From contig CM060731.1 of assembly GCA_030704615.1 (NCBI GenBank), positions 81,034,001-81,098,000 of the forward strand: DNA of 64,000 nucleotides, given 5' to 3'. The notes beneath the pieces are model-generated. The model searched no databases. It had not been told where the DNA came from and saw only the letters and a program-made list of their open reading frames with translations. Positions 13,525 through 27,690 of the stretch are shown here, one piece after another. The stretch is from Takakia lepidozioides. Lineage: Eukaryota > Plantae > Bryophyta. Both the position numbers and the translations under genes were made by a program. Each line of letters opens with the position of its first letter. Position 1 is the stretch's first letter.

Positions 13525-14151
13525 GGAAGATAATAGAAATGAGGTAATATAATTCATGCACACGTGCAACCTCTGACAGGGACGGTTTCCGGTATGTCAA
13601 ATATTCCCCACCCTCTCTTGGGAGTGACATGGAACGTAAGGAGTGTAAACTGGGGGTTAAGCTGGGTTACACAATGGGGAGTGTAACTCCACTTGGGGTT
13701 ACACTGGGTTACACCACGGGGTGTCTAACTCCACTTGGGGTTACACTGGGTTACACCACGGGGTGTCTAACTCCACTTGGGGTTACACTAAATCACACTT
13801 GGTCTTGAAATTCGGCTAAGTATAAAATAGACCAAGAAGATTTACACAAGAGAACGGGGTTACACCAATAGGGATACCGATACCCAGGTTAGACTACAAC
13901 AGCCTCCCATCAAGAATCGAACTGGAAATCTTGCCGCCTGCTCTGCAATCACCTTACCAACACGACCACAATATGAAATCCTCTAGGATTCTTAAGTATT
14001 TAATAGTGAAACTGAGGTAAGAGGGTATGGGGAGGATTTGACAAGGGCTCCGCCGGAGGAGTCCAGGGTGCCGGAATCCGGCGAAAGTTATGTCAGATGG
14101 CGCGAGTGCATTAAGTTCTTATTAGTTCTTACATCATTCCTCTTATCTCCC
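13525..14151. mobile_element. Mutator (MULE)-like MITE, copy 1, about 600 bp upstream of the RCC1 start codon
   Basis: TIRs GGAAGATAATAG... / ...TTATCTCCC. Degenerate 9-bp TSD actctagca / cctctagga. Internal 42-bp tandem repeats. Homologous to 53568-54320. Confidence 0.85.
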
Positions 14152-14718
14152 CCTCTAGGACGGCCTTTTGGATGCAATTCACTACGTTCATCCGATAGTG
14201 TATATTAAATCCATATAAATAAGTACTTTTAAGGAGGCAAGATATTTGTGTTGGTTCGCCGTTACTTGGGATTCGCGACGTACTGAATCACAACACGTGT
14301 CCGTCGCACCATGATTGGCCTGCGCTCCACGTCACTCTTGCTAACCTTTAACTTTCTCTTCCCCTTTTCCCTGTGGTAATGACTAATTTCTGAGTTTCAC
14401 CCAGAACCCGGTAGAATGGATGAATGGCCTTGACCTTTTCTACCCTTCATCCAGATCTTTACCTAAGGGGACCCCTTATATTCCACCGGAGTCCCGGCCA
14501 CTTGTCATGGAGTCTCGGCGGAACTCAATGGAAAGTTGACTGAGAATTGACGCAATGGAAACGCAAGTATTCGAAAGATTTACAAAACTGCATATCACAA
14601 CAGATACGGGAACATGACTCAAGGAGTCGATGCTACGCTAATTTTTCCAGGGTGTGACGGCGTGACCCGTCTTAATATCAATCAAATGAAGGATAGATCC
14701 CTTATTAGGTAGTTCCAA

Positions 14719-14983
14719 CAGTGTTTCTTTTTGTGCCAGATTTTCACATGTGAAATGGGTGAGCTTCTTGCAGCACAAGGGAATCATGGGGGGAAAAGAT
14801 TGAAAAATTCGCCATAAAGTGCTAGTAGTTGAATATTTGATTCTGCCTACGTGGAACTATTAACATTTGCCACCTGTTATGTAGCCACTTTTTCTAGCCT
14901 GCCTTGTTGTCACGTGGACGGTGGGTGGAATTTACACATGTGGGCCCCATGGCGATTTTGGAAAAATAGAAGAAAACACATTG
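14719..14983. mobile_element. Possible short MITE (CAGTGTTT-ended)
   Basis: Imperfect TIRs cagtgtttcttt / agaaaacacattg, with flanks gttccaa / gttccat as a possible TSD. Confidence 0.35.
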
Positions 14984-17914
14984 GTTCCATCCCACCATAG
15001 ACAAAAGCTGGAAGAAAAATCCTCTTGGGAACTTCTCATCCTATGCTCGTTCACCCGTTGTACATGTTGTAAATAAAGTCTTACAGGGTTTCATCATCTT
15101 GGAATACCTTACCTTCTCCCATGGTCCAGGTAGTATGAAAAAGTTCTTTGGATGAAAACCTAGCCTGGAAGATTCACATAAATCAGTACTAAGAACTCGA
15201 ACTATCCGCAAATGGACACATTGAGTTTTACTGTTCATGGATGAATCTTAGTCTGGTCATGAATGTACTAGCGGGAGAATAAGGCATAAAGAGTGACTAG
15301 AAGAAGTGTAGAAATATAAGTGAACTGCTTGGATGGGATCACAAACTCTTTTGAGGGCCTTCGTATGAATACAAGAATGTTGTTCATACAGGGAAACACG
15401 CTGACATTTGGAAGACAGACACACTCTTGAAGAGCTCTGATTTACATTTGACACCTGCAATTCACACTTGGTCTCTTTGAGTTGAAGCGATCAGTCAGCT
15501 ATTTGAGCAGCTCCCCTACAGCTTAGGGCTCCGTCCATAGCTTGGAGTAATAACCCCTGCACTCACAGGGAGGGTTTAGTTTTCTCATCTTGGTATTTAA
15601 TCCAGAACTTGTGGGAGTTGAAGAACATTGGTGTGGCAAATTTACAATGTAAGGCTTTTCCAGAGAGGTTGATGCTGGGAAAACCAAAATTCTCTGTTCA
15701 TCTTGACAAACTAGCTTTTTTAGGGGAGCAATCGACAGACCCCAGGAGTACTAATTAGCAACCAGACTTTTCCTACCACCCCTTCCATAGTCGCTAACCT
15801 TAGGACCCATCACTAACTTGACCAAGAGAGTGGATAAAGAAGGAAAGGCATTGTGAAAATATCCAGGTAGCTGCTACCAGTGTTGGGTGCGTATCACAGA
15901 TTAGAGAGATCCATCATTTGCGAGTTTTTCAAAACTAAGAACCGTCGTTACAAGGTCTAGGAGAGACATAAAAATCATCATGTATGCTTCAGAATTATCT
16001 TTGGCAGTTAGCAATTTGCCTGGTTCTTTGTGCTTGAACATCACCAACTCCAGTTTAAGATTTTCAATAGACATGTGTTATAGGAAACAAAAATTGTACT
16101 TGGGGGCACTTGTTTGCAATCACATAATCAAGAAGTGTCATGGTCGGGTGATAAGGCTTGCGATTTATGAAGATGGTTATTTTAAAATCAAAACACTTGC
16201 TAGAATGTGGAGGTTTTCTTATTGCTTGAATAGAAAAGTTCATAGAAGATGAAATGTATGGAGAGAGATGAGAGGGTGGCAGCAAAGGAGGATGAAACAA
16301 CAAAAGGTAGCCAAAAGTTAAGAAATGGATCAAAGCTTCTAGTACAATCACTAACCCACTAATTTTCAATTTAGTTAGGTCTTTGGAAAAGGGTTGAGAA
16401 CTGGCCACTAAACCATACCCACCCAACACTGCTGGCATACCTTCACTCTAAAGATCTTAGTAGGGTGCTTACTACCGCCACTGCTTTTGAAGGAGTGTTC
16501 ATAACAGATGATTGGGGCATGGTGGCCCCAAACCAGAAAGTCTGTTCAAACTAGGTAGACATCAATGTTGACAAATGTGTCACCACACAAGTGTTTCAAG
16601 GTTCGCTTCTCTAAACATTCTCATCAAGCCCTATGCTTCAGTAGCTGATAATGCTGTGAACTGAGATACAAGGATAATTCCAGACAAATGAGTCCAAGAA
16701 AGGGTGTGAAAGCACCAACCCATGAGGTGGAAGTGGAATAGACGCATCCACCCAACTAAGACACACTTGCTACATTCCCCCGCCAATGAAGGTGTGGACA
16801 CCATGTCCATATCCATGACGCCGTCAAACCCCATGTGCAAAGTGGTCAATAAATCCTATCATACAGAGAAGACCAACAATCATTTTCTGCAGCAAACAAG
16901 TGAAATACTTTCAGCCTCCAAGGTCAGTCGACTTCAACCCTTAGGCCAACCAAAGTCATGCAACCAGTTGTAAAACCATGCTGCAGGAGACAAAGTGTGG
17001 TTCAGTCTTCCTCTCCTTCATTCTAAAGTCTGCTCCTTTCTAGGCAGTCTGGCTGGCAGCATCACTTCTGTGGGAAAACTGGGGGAACAGCATTGACATA
17101 TGCTTTTGAGCATGTCTATACCAGCTCGTACATCAAACACTCTATCCTGTACCAGAATTTTGTTGGCTGTGTTTCAGGACTACAGTGATATCAGGCTGAG
17201 CCACAAACCCCACAACCAGCTCCAGAGGATTAGAACTATGCCCTTAAGGGTATGCCATATATGCGATGCTAGCAAGGGGCCATAAAAGAGTACATCTCTC
17301 ATTATGCTGAAGGTCAAAGTGAGAGGAGGTGGCCTGCCTCTGTACACCTAAATGGGCAAAAGGTGACCATGTCCCACATCTGAGCATGTGGTAAAGACAT
17401 TGAGCATTTTCGGAAGCATTGTGTGAGAGGAACTCTTGAAAGTCTGAAACAGACTGTCCATGCAGCTTCTTTTTCAGTGCTGTCTCCCTCCTTGGGGTCT
17501 CAAGTCTGGGCTAAATATCCCCATCCTAAGGCAATCAAGAGCATCCTTGAGGGAACGCCAAAGACTTCAATTGACTTCATTTTCCAGGAGGAGCCCTACT
17601 ACTGAAGTCAAGCCTTCCATGATGGTGGCCCACCTCATTCAGCTTTTCTCCAAGTTTTCCTGCCCCCTCTCTTTCTCCTTTATGCTCCATCCAAGCTGGG
17701 GACAGGGTTGGTGGCACTAGGCCATACAGGCCAAGTGCTATGAGTACATCCTCTTTCATCTTAACATTAGAAATATGTATGGAACACTTTATGCCTATGC
17801 TTCCTTCATGTCAAAGTCAAGAGCATGCCACTGATGTCTTCTGTTATCTTGGCACATTCCACCCAAAGCCAGAAGCTCTAAAAAGCCACAACAAGAGTTA
17901 CGGCAACAGCCCAC

Positions 17915-18070
17915 CTACGTCTGCTTGGAGTAAGCTGAAGGAGAGGGAGCTCGCTTGTTTCGAAACATCATGTAGCCGACTGGGAGAACCACTCCAACCA
18001 TCATTATTGCAGCTCCTATCATGTATCGCATTGGTCCTGGAGGACCTACTTCCAGAAGATGCCGCAACTG
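17915..18070 (-). CDS. Small single-pass membrane microprotein exon (GPPGPMRYMIGAAIMMVGVVLPVGYMMFRNKRAPSPSAYSKQT)
   Basis: Preceded by a pyrimidine tract and a tandem AAG/CAG acceptor (exon start 18070 or 18067). About 20 hydrophobic residues are followed by basic RNKR. It resembles, from memory, small conserved plant proteins ending MFRNKR.PSSSSYSKQT. Minimal ORF runs from ATG 18031 to TAG 17915. The first exon was not resolved. Confidence 0.6.
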   Translation of the reverse strand, partial: QLRHLLEVGPPGPMRYMIGAAIMMVGVVLPVGYMMFRNKRAPSPSAYSKQT

Positions 18071-21000
18071 CTTCAAAAATAAAACAGACCAGATGAGATG
18101 GGTGTGTGTGTCTCTCTCTCTTTCACCTGTGCAGGATAAATATGACATTATGAGCAACTAGCTGCTTGCTATGCACTGTTTTGTGTTCCATATCTTTAGC
18201 CCGCACAAAATGCATTCAGACAGTGCTCTTAGGAGCCATGCCTAACCATCAAGTTCGCAGAAATCTTCCCCTTATAGACCCTGGTTCCTGATCGTGCCTT
18301 TAACATAGTTGTCCTTTTTTGTCCCCCTACTGAAGCTGTCTAAGGCAGATTTAGACACTATTTCTTGTTCTTAGGTATTCACCACATTATTTGAACCAAA
18401 AAATACCGTTTGACTCTTGCTAGAGTTCCCTATAACAAAGATAATAAAGCAACTGTCAACACCGAAGCTATACAGGAAAAGCACACAGAAAGTAAAGAGA
18501 TCAAGATAGACCAAGAACTTGTACACAATGACATGCCGATCTGCCGTTGGGTGAGAACCAGTATTGGGGTCAATGTTTCGTTACACAGCGCAAGATAAAT
18601 CAGCCCAAGACCTGTATGAATTGTGTGGCCATGTGCTTTGGAGGCAAGGTCCACCTCTAAGGTAAAATGAAAGAGCACGTTAGGTTGGAGAGCAGCCAAA
18701 AATATCACAAGCCAATCAGACCTCTGCATCTTGTTGATATCTGGAAGACTGTAAACAAGAAGCACTCACTTAATGCCCAATTTTCATTTCTCATGCTACC
18801 CTGGTGTTTGGATAGGTACCATCTGCCGAAAAACTTTCATATGAATATCTCCGTATCGTCCAACTACAGATGGATTTACAGGCAAACTACTCGGCCCTAT
18901 TCGTGTAGTTCTGTACTTACTAAGCTTCAGGCTGTTGTCAAAGGGAAACTATGTTTCACAACACTCACATATGGGTGACACAGAAATCCCGAGACCTAGA
19001 AGCCAACCAGACAGGAAGGGGCTTGCGGAACAATGCACTACGCGATACAGTCTCAGGGGTGCATGCCCTAACCTAGAGCTCCAGGATCGGCCCTCGATAA
19101 GCACAAAAATCGTTAGAATCTCTCCTACCCACAATGACCACAGCATCGACGATGTCGATCAAGTCCTCTAAAGCAAGCTACAGTGCATACGTAAAATTCG
19201 AACCAAACCGCACCCAAGCACCGCAAAAGTGTAAAGGATCTCACATCTGTGACCCACATTTGAACTTGTACTCATCACCTTCGATACCAAAATGTGTGTC
19301 ACCATATACGGATTCCCAGAAACTCCCAGACCGCTATCGGGACCATGATTAAGATCTAGTAGTTTTGGTGACGGATCTACTGTCAAAGAAATGGACGTAA
19401 TGATATGGCGCAGTCGTGCAACACATACAGGTTGACCAAAATATGGGCTTGCAGTGTCCCAACCTGGAAGACTTCAATATCGTCAAACGGCAGGGTGTAA
19501 GCACAAGCACACACAAACATTAAGCGTCCTTCAAGTGGCACAAGAGATGTAAGAAAGGATACACATACCGGCATAGCTGATGAGGCGTTTGTGATCAGGC
19601 CGTGTGCCTTGAGGCTCCTCTCAACTTTACAAACATGCCCACCCCAAGCACCCAAAGAGAAGGAACGGAGGCCTTGTCACTCACCTACCTTCACACAGAT
19701 TTGCGAAGTGAGTCTAGCATTCAGGAATATACTTCTGAATTTAAAAGCATATTTCTATACTTACGAGGAATATCCGACTATATTCTTAGAATATGATTGT
19801 TGAGAACAGGGAACATCCAGGATCAAGACGAGAAAGGCTCACTCTGAAAAATTCTGAAACAAGGAATTGAGCTTCTTCAGTATGTCTATCTTCCTGTCAG
19901 TACTTTATGTGGGTGTGTGCACTGCATGTTGGTCTGTCTGTTTTTTATACAATCATTTGTGTGTTTGTTTAGACTTGCAGCTGAGATGAAGCGTTTCTTG
20001 TTATTTTTTCAGTTTGAAATCTTGCATACTAAAAAGCTCTCACTCTCTCTCTTTTTGGTTGAGAGCTGTCCATAAATCAAATGTAATGCACTGTTTTGAA
20101 GCTGAGACCTTCCCATCCCCTTGCACGCCCACTCCCCCCAACCGGAGGCGGAAACACACCTCGCTTCCTCCCTGTGCGAAGACTACTAGCCATGACAAGT
20201 ATATTGACTGATTATAAAAATGGTAGGTCCCTGCAAATGTTGAATGTGACAGACCATTAATGCATAATGCGGGCCGGATGCTAACCTTCTACAGAGATTG
20301 TGGGATGTCAGGCATGTAGATGGGAGTCAAACCAATATTGCATAATGGGTCTCATGGCCGACGACAATCTAGTTACAATGGATTGGCTTTTGATCGATCT
20401 GTGCGCCGGTATTGAAATCAAATTCGACACCACGAGGTTTTCCCAAGGTCTGGTGCTCTGACCCTCTAGCTGTGACAAATGTGGTTGCACTGCCAAGTGT
20501 GTTAAAGGAAAATGGCACAGACAGACGGAAAGAATTTGTACGGGGCGCGGGGTGCACAAGCAGAACGAAAAAGAGAGAAGAGAGGTGACGGCAGGGGAAG
20601 TTCATGGGAAAGTTCTCTCGAATGTGGAATCCCGCAGTTTGATGATTTTCCCTTCTTGCTTCACTCCTCTTTCTGTACCTGATGTTCTCGTAGTATATGG
20701 AATTTTAAGTAATGAGCGATTCTTGTTTTGGGATGTCGTTAACTTGGGAAGAACACACTTGGTGTGATAATTGGGTTGAGGTTTTGGGGAAATTGAAGAA
20801 CACAAAAACACATCTATGCACCTCGTTCTCTTCGTGCGTGTATATCTATGTGTTCATGTGGTCGGTCGTGTTTATAGCTGGGCTAGGGGTTAAGCAGAGT
20901 CTATGTTTCTCTTGTTGCTATTTTACCCAGAGCGCAGGGCTCTGCAACTTCCCCCTGAAGATGAATGTTGTGGGATGTAAGTAGCTGCAGAAACCGCAAA

Positions 21001-23758
21001 CACAAGGGGCTATATCCATGGAATCAGCAGATTTTTCAAGGTGTTCTATGATACCCTCTGTGACTAAAGTCTGGCTTGTTTTTCCCCTTGGATCTACCCT
21101 GACATTGCAGCGCTCTCTTCTTGCATTCTCTACCGCAAGTTCTACTCAAAGTGGTTGCCTTACTGGCCGACTTTGTTAAGTCACCAGTGGCTGCAACATG
21201 AAAGGAAATTGCCTCGCGCATCTTCCCCACCTGGGGCATTTAGATTGCCTGAAGTAGCCTTTTTTTACTCCCTATTATTCTCAATGTGCTGTTGTTGTAG
21301 GTGGTGGGGTTTCACTTTTGAAGCCAGATGGGTCAAGTTGTTTGTTTCACACAGAAACATAGAACAGTGCTAAAACCTTGTTTTACACTTTGATGCTGTG
21401 GGCTACTTGCAATCCTGGCTTGAGAATGTTGGTTTTTAGTGGCTCCTACCATTGGTTTTTCTCAAATATCGAGCTGTGCATGTAGCGGATGACATTTTGG
21501 ATGACAGGCTTTCTAATTTTAACACGTTTGAATCTTGATGATGTTCTGGAGGAACTGCATCAGGTAATTAAAGAATTAGGAACTCCATGCCCATGATTGG
21601 TGACTCTCCAAACCAGACTTTCTTACAATTTTTATTCACTCACCATTTTAACAAAGCTGTGAAGAGCAAGGGCAAGATCTTCCTTCTGGCATCTCTTACT
21701 CTTTTCAACTAACTCGTGGAGCCTTGGCCAACATTTTCATCCAGATTATTATGCTTTAACACCATAGCATCCAAGTTTGTTCAGCTGCAACACACAAATC
21801 TAAAATCATGCTATTTGCAGGGTTAGTCAGTGATTATTCAGTGACACTTCAAGCCTTCCCATAGCCATGGTGAAGATGGTAAGTCTAACCAAGCCCTTCT
21901 ATGACCAGATGGCCACATGTTAGGAGCAATGGAGGAGGCTGAGGCACATATACTGCAGATGGTACACCACTGCGCCAGGTGCAATTCTTGCGACATCAGG
22001 AATTGTCGGCTTGGAACTTGCCTACCTCGAGTAGACCATTAAACCGTAAAGGGAGTTACTAGAATCACGGGTGGATTACCCTGAAATTGGTGCGGGTGCG
22101 AGGTCTCGTAACTTGCTTGCTTTGAAAGTAGCTGAGGGTGTGAGGTTTTTGGCTTGGCTATGAATCCATGGTCGTTCCATGAACTCTACCTGGAGGTAGA
22201 GAGCTTTCCCTTTGTATCAGCACACACAAGGCAGAAGGAAAGCGGCTATTTCTGTCCAGTTGTAATGGCCGTAAGTCTAAGCCAACGTTCGCAGGGAACA
22301 GCATGAGTACATTCTATCCAGTTGTAAAGCAATTGGAATGGCAATATAACCAGTAAAACACCTATTGTTCTTTCTTACTATGTGATTGACAAATGCAGGA
22401 CCTGCGTAGTGCAAACAAATACAATGTTGGGTTTTATTACCTTTCTTAGGTGTGCTGGTATACAATCCAGGTAAACTTGCTTCCTTATATTCATGAGGGC
22501 ATGTGATTATACAGGATTGATGTACAGCTAGCTCATCTCTGTATCATCTTATTAGTTGCTAAATAAACTTGCAAACATCACCAACTGACTCATGTAGTCA
22601 TAAAATTTTGACCGGGGGTTATGTTCTACTTCCTAGATTCTGAAGGAATTTTAAAAGTAGAAAAATGTAAATGTTACCCAGGCAGTGTACAGTTTTGGTG
22701 GCATGGAGCACTGGATGTAACTGCCTCTGTTCTGACTTAGACATTTCAGTCCAAAGCACAAACCCTGTGAGAGATGAGTTCCTAGCCTCCCTCCATTAAG
22801 CTATGCCGGACTTCTCTCCTTTCCATCATGTCTGGTCATGGTCAGCTTTTCTCTCCCTCTCGGAAGCATCCTTGAGCTCATCTGGCTCTCTCCCCTATGG
22901 GGAAGATACCATGTTCTATTGTGTCAGCATGCTTGGTGGTGTACCTACGTTGGACTGTTACTGACGTTTTTGCTTAGGCTTCAGCTTGTAGAAGGCAATC
23001 TTAAGTTCAGGTGTGGTTCCCATGAGATCCATGTTTCTTCTGTTATCCACTGTTGGTTGATAGTTTCTAATGAGCTGATTGTCTGCGGTTGCTCTTTGGT
23101 GTTCTGCAAAACCCAAGTTCCTGATACACTCTTTCTCTCTTGCTTTTAATTGGAGAGCACTGGTGTCAAGGTCAAGCAAGTTGTACACTAATGCACAGAG
23201 TCCAAAGGGAGGCTTACTGTCCTCTTGGGAAAGGAAGTAGCCATGGTTTTGCCTTCAACTTTCCAATGGGGGAAAGGGTGGATTTTGACTCTGGTTTTAG
23301 TAATGTTTTTCGCAGCTTTCTGAATAGCACAACGTTTGAGAAAGTAGAAGCAACAGCTTCCCCACTTGCTATTTGATAGCTGCATGTGTGACAATTGATC
23401 TAGTTGAGGATGCTTGTGCAGTATGCATGCAAACATAACATGAAGAAAGTTCTAGCAGAGACGAGGATATCTAAAACAGCTCTTCCTCTCCCTTCTCTTT
23501 CTCAGCCAGGACAAATCAGATGGTTCTTCTGTTCTTGCCTCTGGTGAGTGGGCCAGAACCATGGAGAGTCGTGTCGTTCAAACTATAGAAACATTCTTGG
23601 AACATTTTCATAAAGCCGCCACTCTTCTCATTTGGAAGAGGAGCAGGCAAGAGCTGAAGGAGTTTACTACACTATGGCTACAAGCAATGTATCCATTCAG
23701 ACTCCTTCAACAGTGTGATGGGCTGCTTAGTATGGCAACACAAAGAGAGCTGCCATGG

Positions 23759-24003
23759 ACTTGACTAAGCTCTACTCTAAATCTAGGAATACTTGTGCAA
23801 AACCAAGGGCTTCTATATGGGTCCTTGCTTGAGTACTTGGTCTTCCTTTTGGGAATAGGTGCTTGTTGTCATGCTTACTTGATTAAGCTCTACTCTGATT
23901 CTATGAATACTTTTGCAAACCAAAGACCTCTATGTGTCCCCTTGCGCTTGAGTACTTGGGTCTAGTGACACCTTCCTTTTGGGAATGGGTGCTTACTTAC
24001 ATG
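23759..24003. repeat. Diverged tandem duplication, about 118-bp unit x2
   Basis: acttga(c/t)taagctctactct...cttgagtacttgg...cttccttttgggaat.ggtgctt repeated at about 23759 and 23877. Confidence 0.8.
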
Positions 24004-27000
24004 AGACCACCCCCACTCCCTCTGGAGCATGGGCTGAAATAGGTGCTACTGAGTTCTGTACCTGTGTTGACTGAAATGGCTGAAAGGACCTCCTTTACCT
24101 CTCCTCTCTTTGCTAGTATGACCTGTTGCAGGGATGACATTGATAACAAATGTTAAGGGGTTTAAGCCTGGGGTCCACAGGGATCACTAAACTGTTGGTT
24201 GGTTGGTGGCTGTGATGGATCCAGGTGTCTTTTGTTGCAGGAAATGCTACTATGGGCAAGAGATTAGGGGAGTGAGGCTTTGAGCTCTCAAACCTCAAAA
24301 ATGTTTGTATGTGTTGCTTATGTACACATATTACTGCTGTTTTCGCTCTGGATCTACCTACAAGAAAGGTCCAGCTGCGTTTAAGGAGACATTTGTGCTC
24401 TTCCTACTTCTACTGTCGCTTCCTATAATATGAAAGTGAGGAGGCAGATCTGTTCCTTAGAAGGGCCTACCTGGAGTACATCTGATTGCCATTTTGTACA
24501 CCTAAAAACTAGTTTTCCAGCAAGGATATGTAAAGGGAGGTATGGAGGCAGATCTGGGTAGAGACACTTTGATGGTGCCTAGATTAGGCTGTATGATGTC
24601 GTTAGAAAGACGCAAACACAGCACATTGTGCTTACTGTTTCCTTGTCTAGCTTTGACATGCTATGTGAATCTCTCTCCTTCCTTCCATCCATAAACCCTC
24701 TGTTGCTATGCATGTCACAATCATCAACCACACTGCACTCCAAGTTCCCAATCACCACACGCCTGAATCATGATAGTCATCTGCAGGCACTTCATAGATT
24801 GCAACTTGAATCCCACAGAAACTGAGTAATGTTGGTGGTGCAGAGTACATGTGAGAGCTTGAAGAGAAGAACTCGGAGTGGATGAGAGTCTGGGGCTGAT
24901 CATTGATGGACTAGTGCAGAGATTAGGGAGGATCAAATCACTTGATTATGAGCTTCCCTTTGGGGATATGGGTCAACCTTGGGATTAGCAAAGATCGGGC
25001 AGCAGCTGAAAATAGGGCAGACAGCTGAGTTGATTTTAGGCTGACAAATAATGAAGGTTAGTGTCAGACTGGCACTCTCACTAACTAGTAACTAGCAAGT
25101 TACTAGTAAAGCTGTCTGCCCCCACTTATTATTTTGTCTCATTCTACAGTCGGTGCCCACCCTTCATTTCACCGGGTTTGATTAACCCACAGCGTCATTC
25201 ATCCACATCCATCCGTGAAGTGGATGAATGGGGGATGCCAGCCTGCCACTACGTGACAGAGGATGTGGGTTTCATGTGCGGCCACGTGCCCCACATCTCT
25301 ATTGAAAGCCTGCAAGCGCGTGCTCCACCGGATACTGCCAGTCGCCGCGACTGGCAGCTTCGGTCTCTGTGCTGTCGCTTTGACTCGGTTTCTCTTGACG
25401 ACTGGCGCGTGGCGGTCAGTCGCCAGAACTAGAAATATACATCACATGAATGACTTGCCAGAGGATTTAATTTATTCTATTGAGCAACAGCTTGGCACCA
25501 TTCCGAAGCAGGAGTGGAAATAACAAATAACCCCTTTCATGTATGATCCCAGACCCAATGGCCAAAGACCCAGCAGGGGGTTGAACCCCAGACCGGTGGA
25601 TGCACAAGCTGCATATTTTCCAGCTCCTAATAGAAATTGAGGTGTAGATAATAATCAAATATGCAGCTGTCCTTGCAAATGTGAAACAAAAAATGCTTTC
25701 ACTCTTTTTTTTAATGCAAAAGAAACACACAAAAAATAAATAAAACATAAAAACACACACATAAAGGGACCCCGGGGGGGGGTTATTGATGATTGATTAT
25801 CATTGCCACCTTTGCAATCATCACCACACTTCTACACATCCGGGCCACTCCTCTAACAAGTACATGTACTTGGATGAATGTAGATGAATGTAGATGAACG
25901 TATTACATGTGGGTATTCAGCAAACTTTCAGGCTAGGCTAAGTAGGATGCATCAATTTGTTTTTTTTTGTTGTTGTTGGAGAAAGGGACTAAGAAGCCCT
26001 TTGTTAGTACAAAGCAAGGGGGGGGAAAAAAGGGTGGCAAGAGAAGCATGATTGGTTGTAGTATGATGTACCACAAAGAGCAAGTGGGCATGACATGGGG
26101 CCTACAAAGGGCACAAGTACAGATATGAAATATGGGAGAGATTTGATTGCAAAGGAGGGCTACCCCACCGTCACATACACACACCGGATTGCTGAACTTA
26201 ATCGCTGGGCATTTCCTTCCGTGGGTGCTTGGTGCTGTGACTCATTAACTCGGTCATATTCCCGTGTACTTGGTACATTCTACTCAATCCATCACACACT
26301 TGTTTTTGTGTTGGTTTTTAACACACTTGACCATCATCTTTGGGAGCAGCATGCATTTGGTCTTCGCCACATGGTGGGCCGGGAGGAAGGACGATGGTGA
26401 TAGAGAAAGGGATCCGAACTTCCCAAGATTTATTGCAAGCTTTCTACGAGTATCTTTCCGGGAGTGCATTTGGGGGCCTTGTACCGGCTTTGTCAATGGG
26501 TCCCAGAGAAACATTGTCAAAAAGTGAGAGACAAGGATTCCCTTGTGTATCTGTGCCACTCTGTAGGTACTGGGACTCTCTCAACATGTGAGTGTGTAGT
26601 GTGTACTCTTCACATGGTTGATGGGCAAGTAAGTTCTCATGCGCCTCAAAGGTTTCCAAGTTTTTCACTTGTTTCCTGAGAGCAAATGTCATTTTGTGGG
26701 GTAAGAATGTATCTTCCGAAGAAGGAAGAGTGGCAACTTAGACAATTGCAGAATCATTGCACTTCCAATCCTCAATCACCACCATAGAATACCCACTACC
26801 GTTACAGAATACATCATACCATAGTGTACAGGCCCCACCCCTTCAGAGCCAGAATTTTATTCTATTTGTAAAGACCTGAGGCCACAGGGTGTCGTTTGTC
26901 GAACATGTAAAGACAGTTGGGTGCTCGCTCCTGTAGAATGACCAGCAATTCTCTGGGCCATCAGGTGGCCTTTGGATTGGGCCGGACAAGAAACATATCA

Positions 27001-27422
27001 CAGAAATCAAGCAGGTAGGATGTATTTTTTTCCTAGATACTGGCCGAGCAAGTCCGCCCCCACCCCACCTTCTCGCTTCCGCAGCACGCAACTGCACTGA
27101 TCATTTTTGCTCTGCCTTGTCTCGCTCTCCAGCATGCATTGCCGTGTCTCTTTCGACAACATTGCGGCTAGATTAGAAGGCAGATTCTTGCCGAAACAAA
27201 CTTAGTGATTGTCATCTTGCTCGCATCCGCAATGCATTCAGAGCCTTTCCGAACCACAATTTGATGGCTAAGTACTCTCAACGCTGTCTATCACTCTCTG
27301 CTTCTCGATACTTTTCGTGTCTTCATTGCGCTCAATCAGATGTCCACCTACCCAGCTGGATGGATGAAACGACGGGCAGGTGGATGATTTGATCACTTGT
27401 ATTTCTGATTATGTCACCGCAC

Positions 27423-27690
27423 CCTCATGTCCCACTAACCCGGGTTAACCTGCTTAGCACGGAACATGGGGCATTTGCTCATGTACTGCACTAATGACGA
27501 GATTAACCGTCGTGTCAGTGTACTAAACACACTTAGTTTCGATGTTGGCTACGAAGCCACGACTGCGCGGCAGGCTTTTCATCGGCGCAGTTACTGCGCC
27601 TGATGCCGCACTTTGTTTTCAGCCTCTGCCCGTCTAACCCTGCCCAGCCGACCGGTTCTGACATCCACGGCCTAACTACTGTGGCTGACT
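27423..27690 (+). repeat. Dispersed GC-rich repeat, copy 1 (homologous to 42683-42930)
   Basis: Shared cctcatgtccc...cacggaacatggg...catgtactgc and a 51-bp core with 1 mismatch. Confidence 0.85.

Noticed and set aside
20700-25100. Possible plus-strand gene divergent from the microprotein locus
   Set aside because: No coherent exon chain found; only weak LINE-like fragments, too decayed to support.
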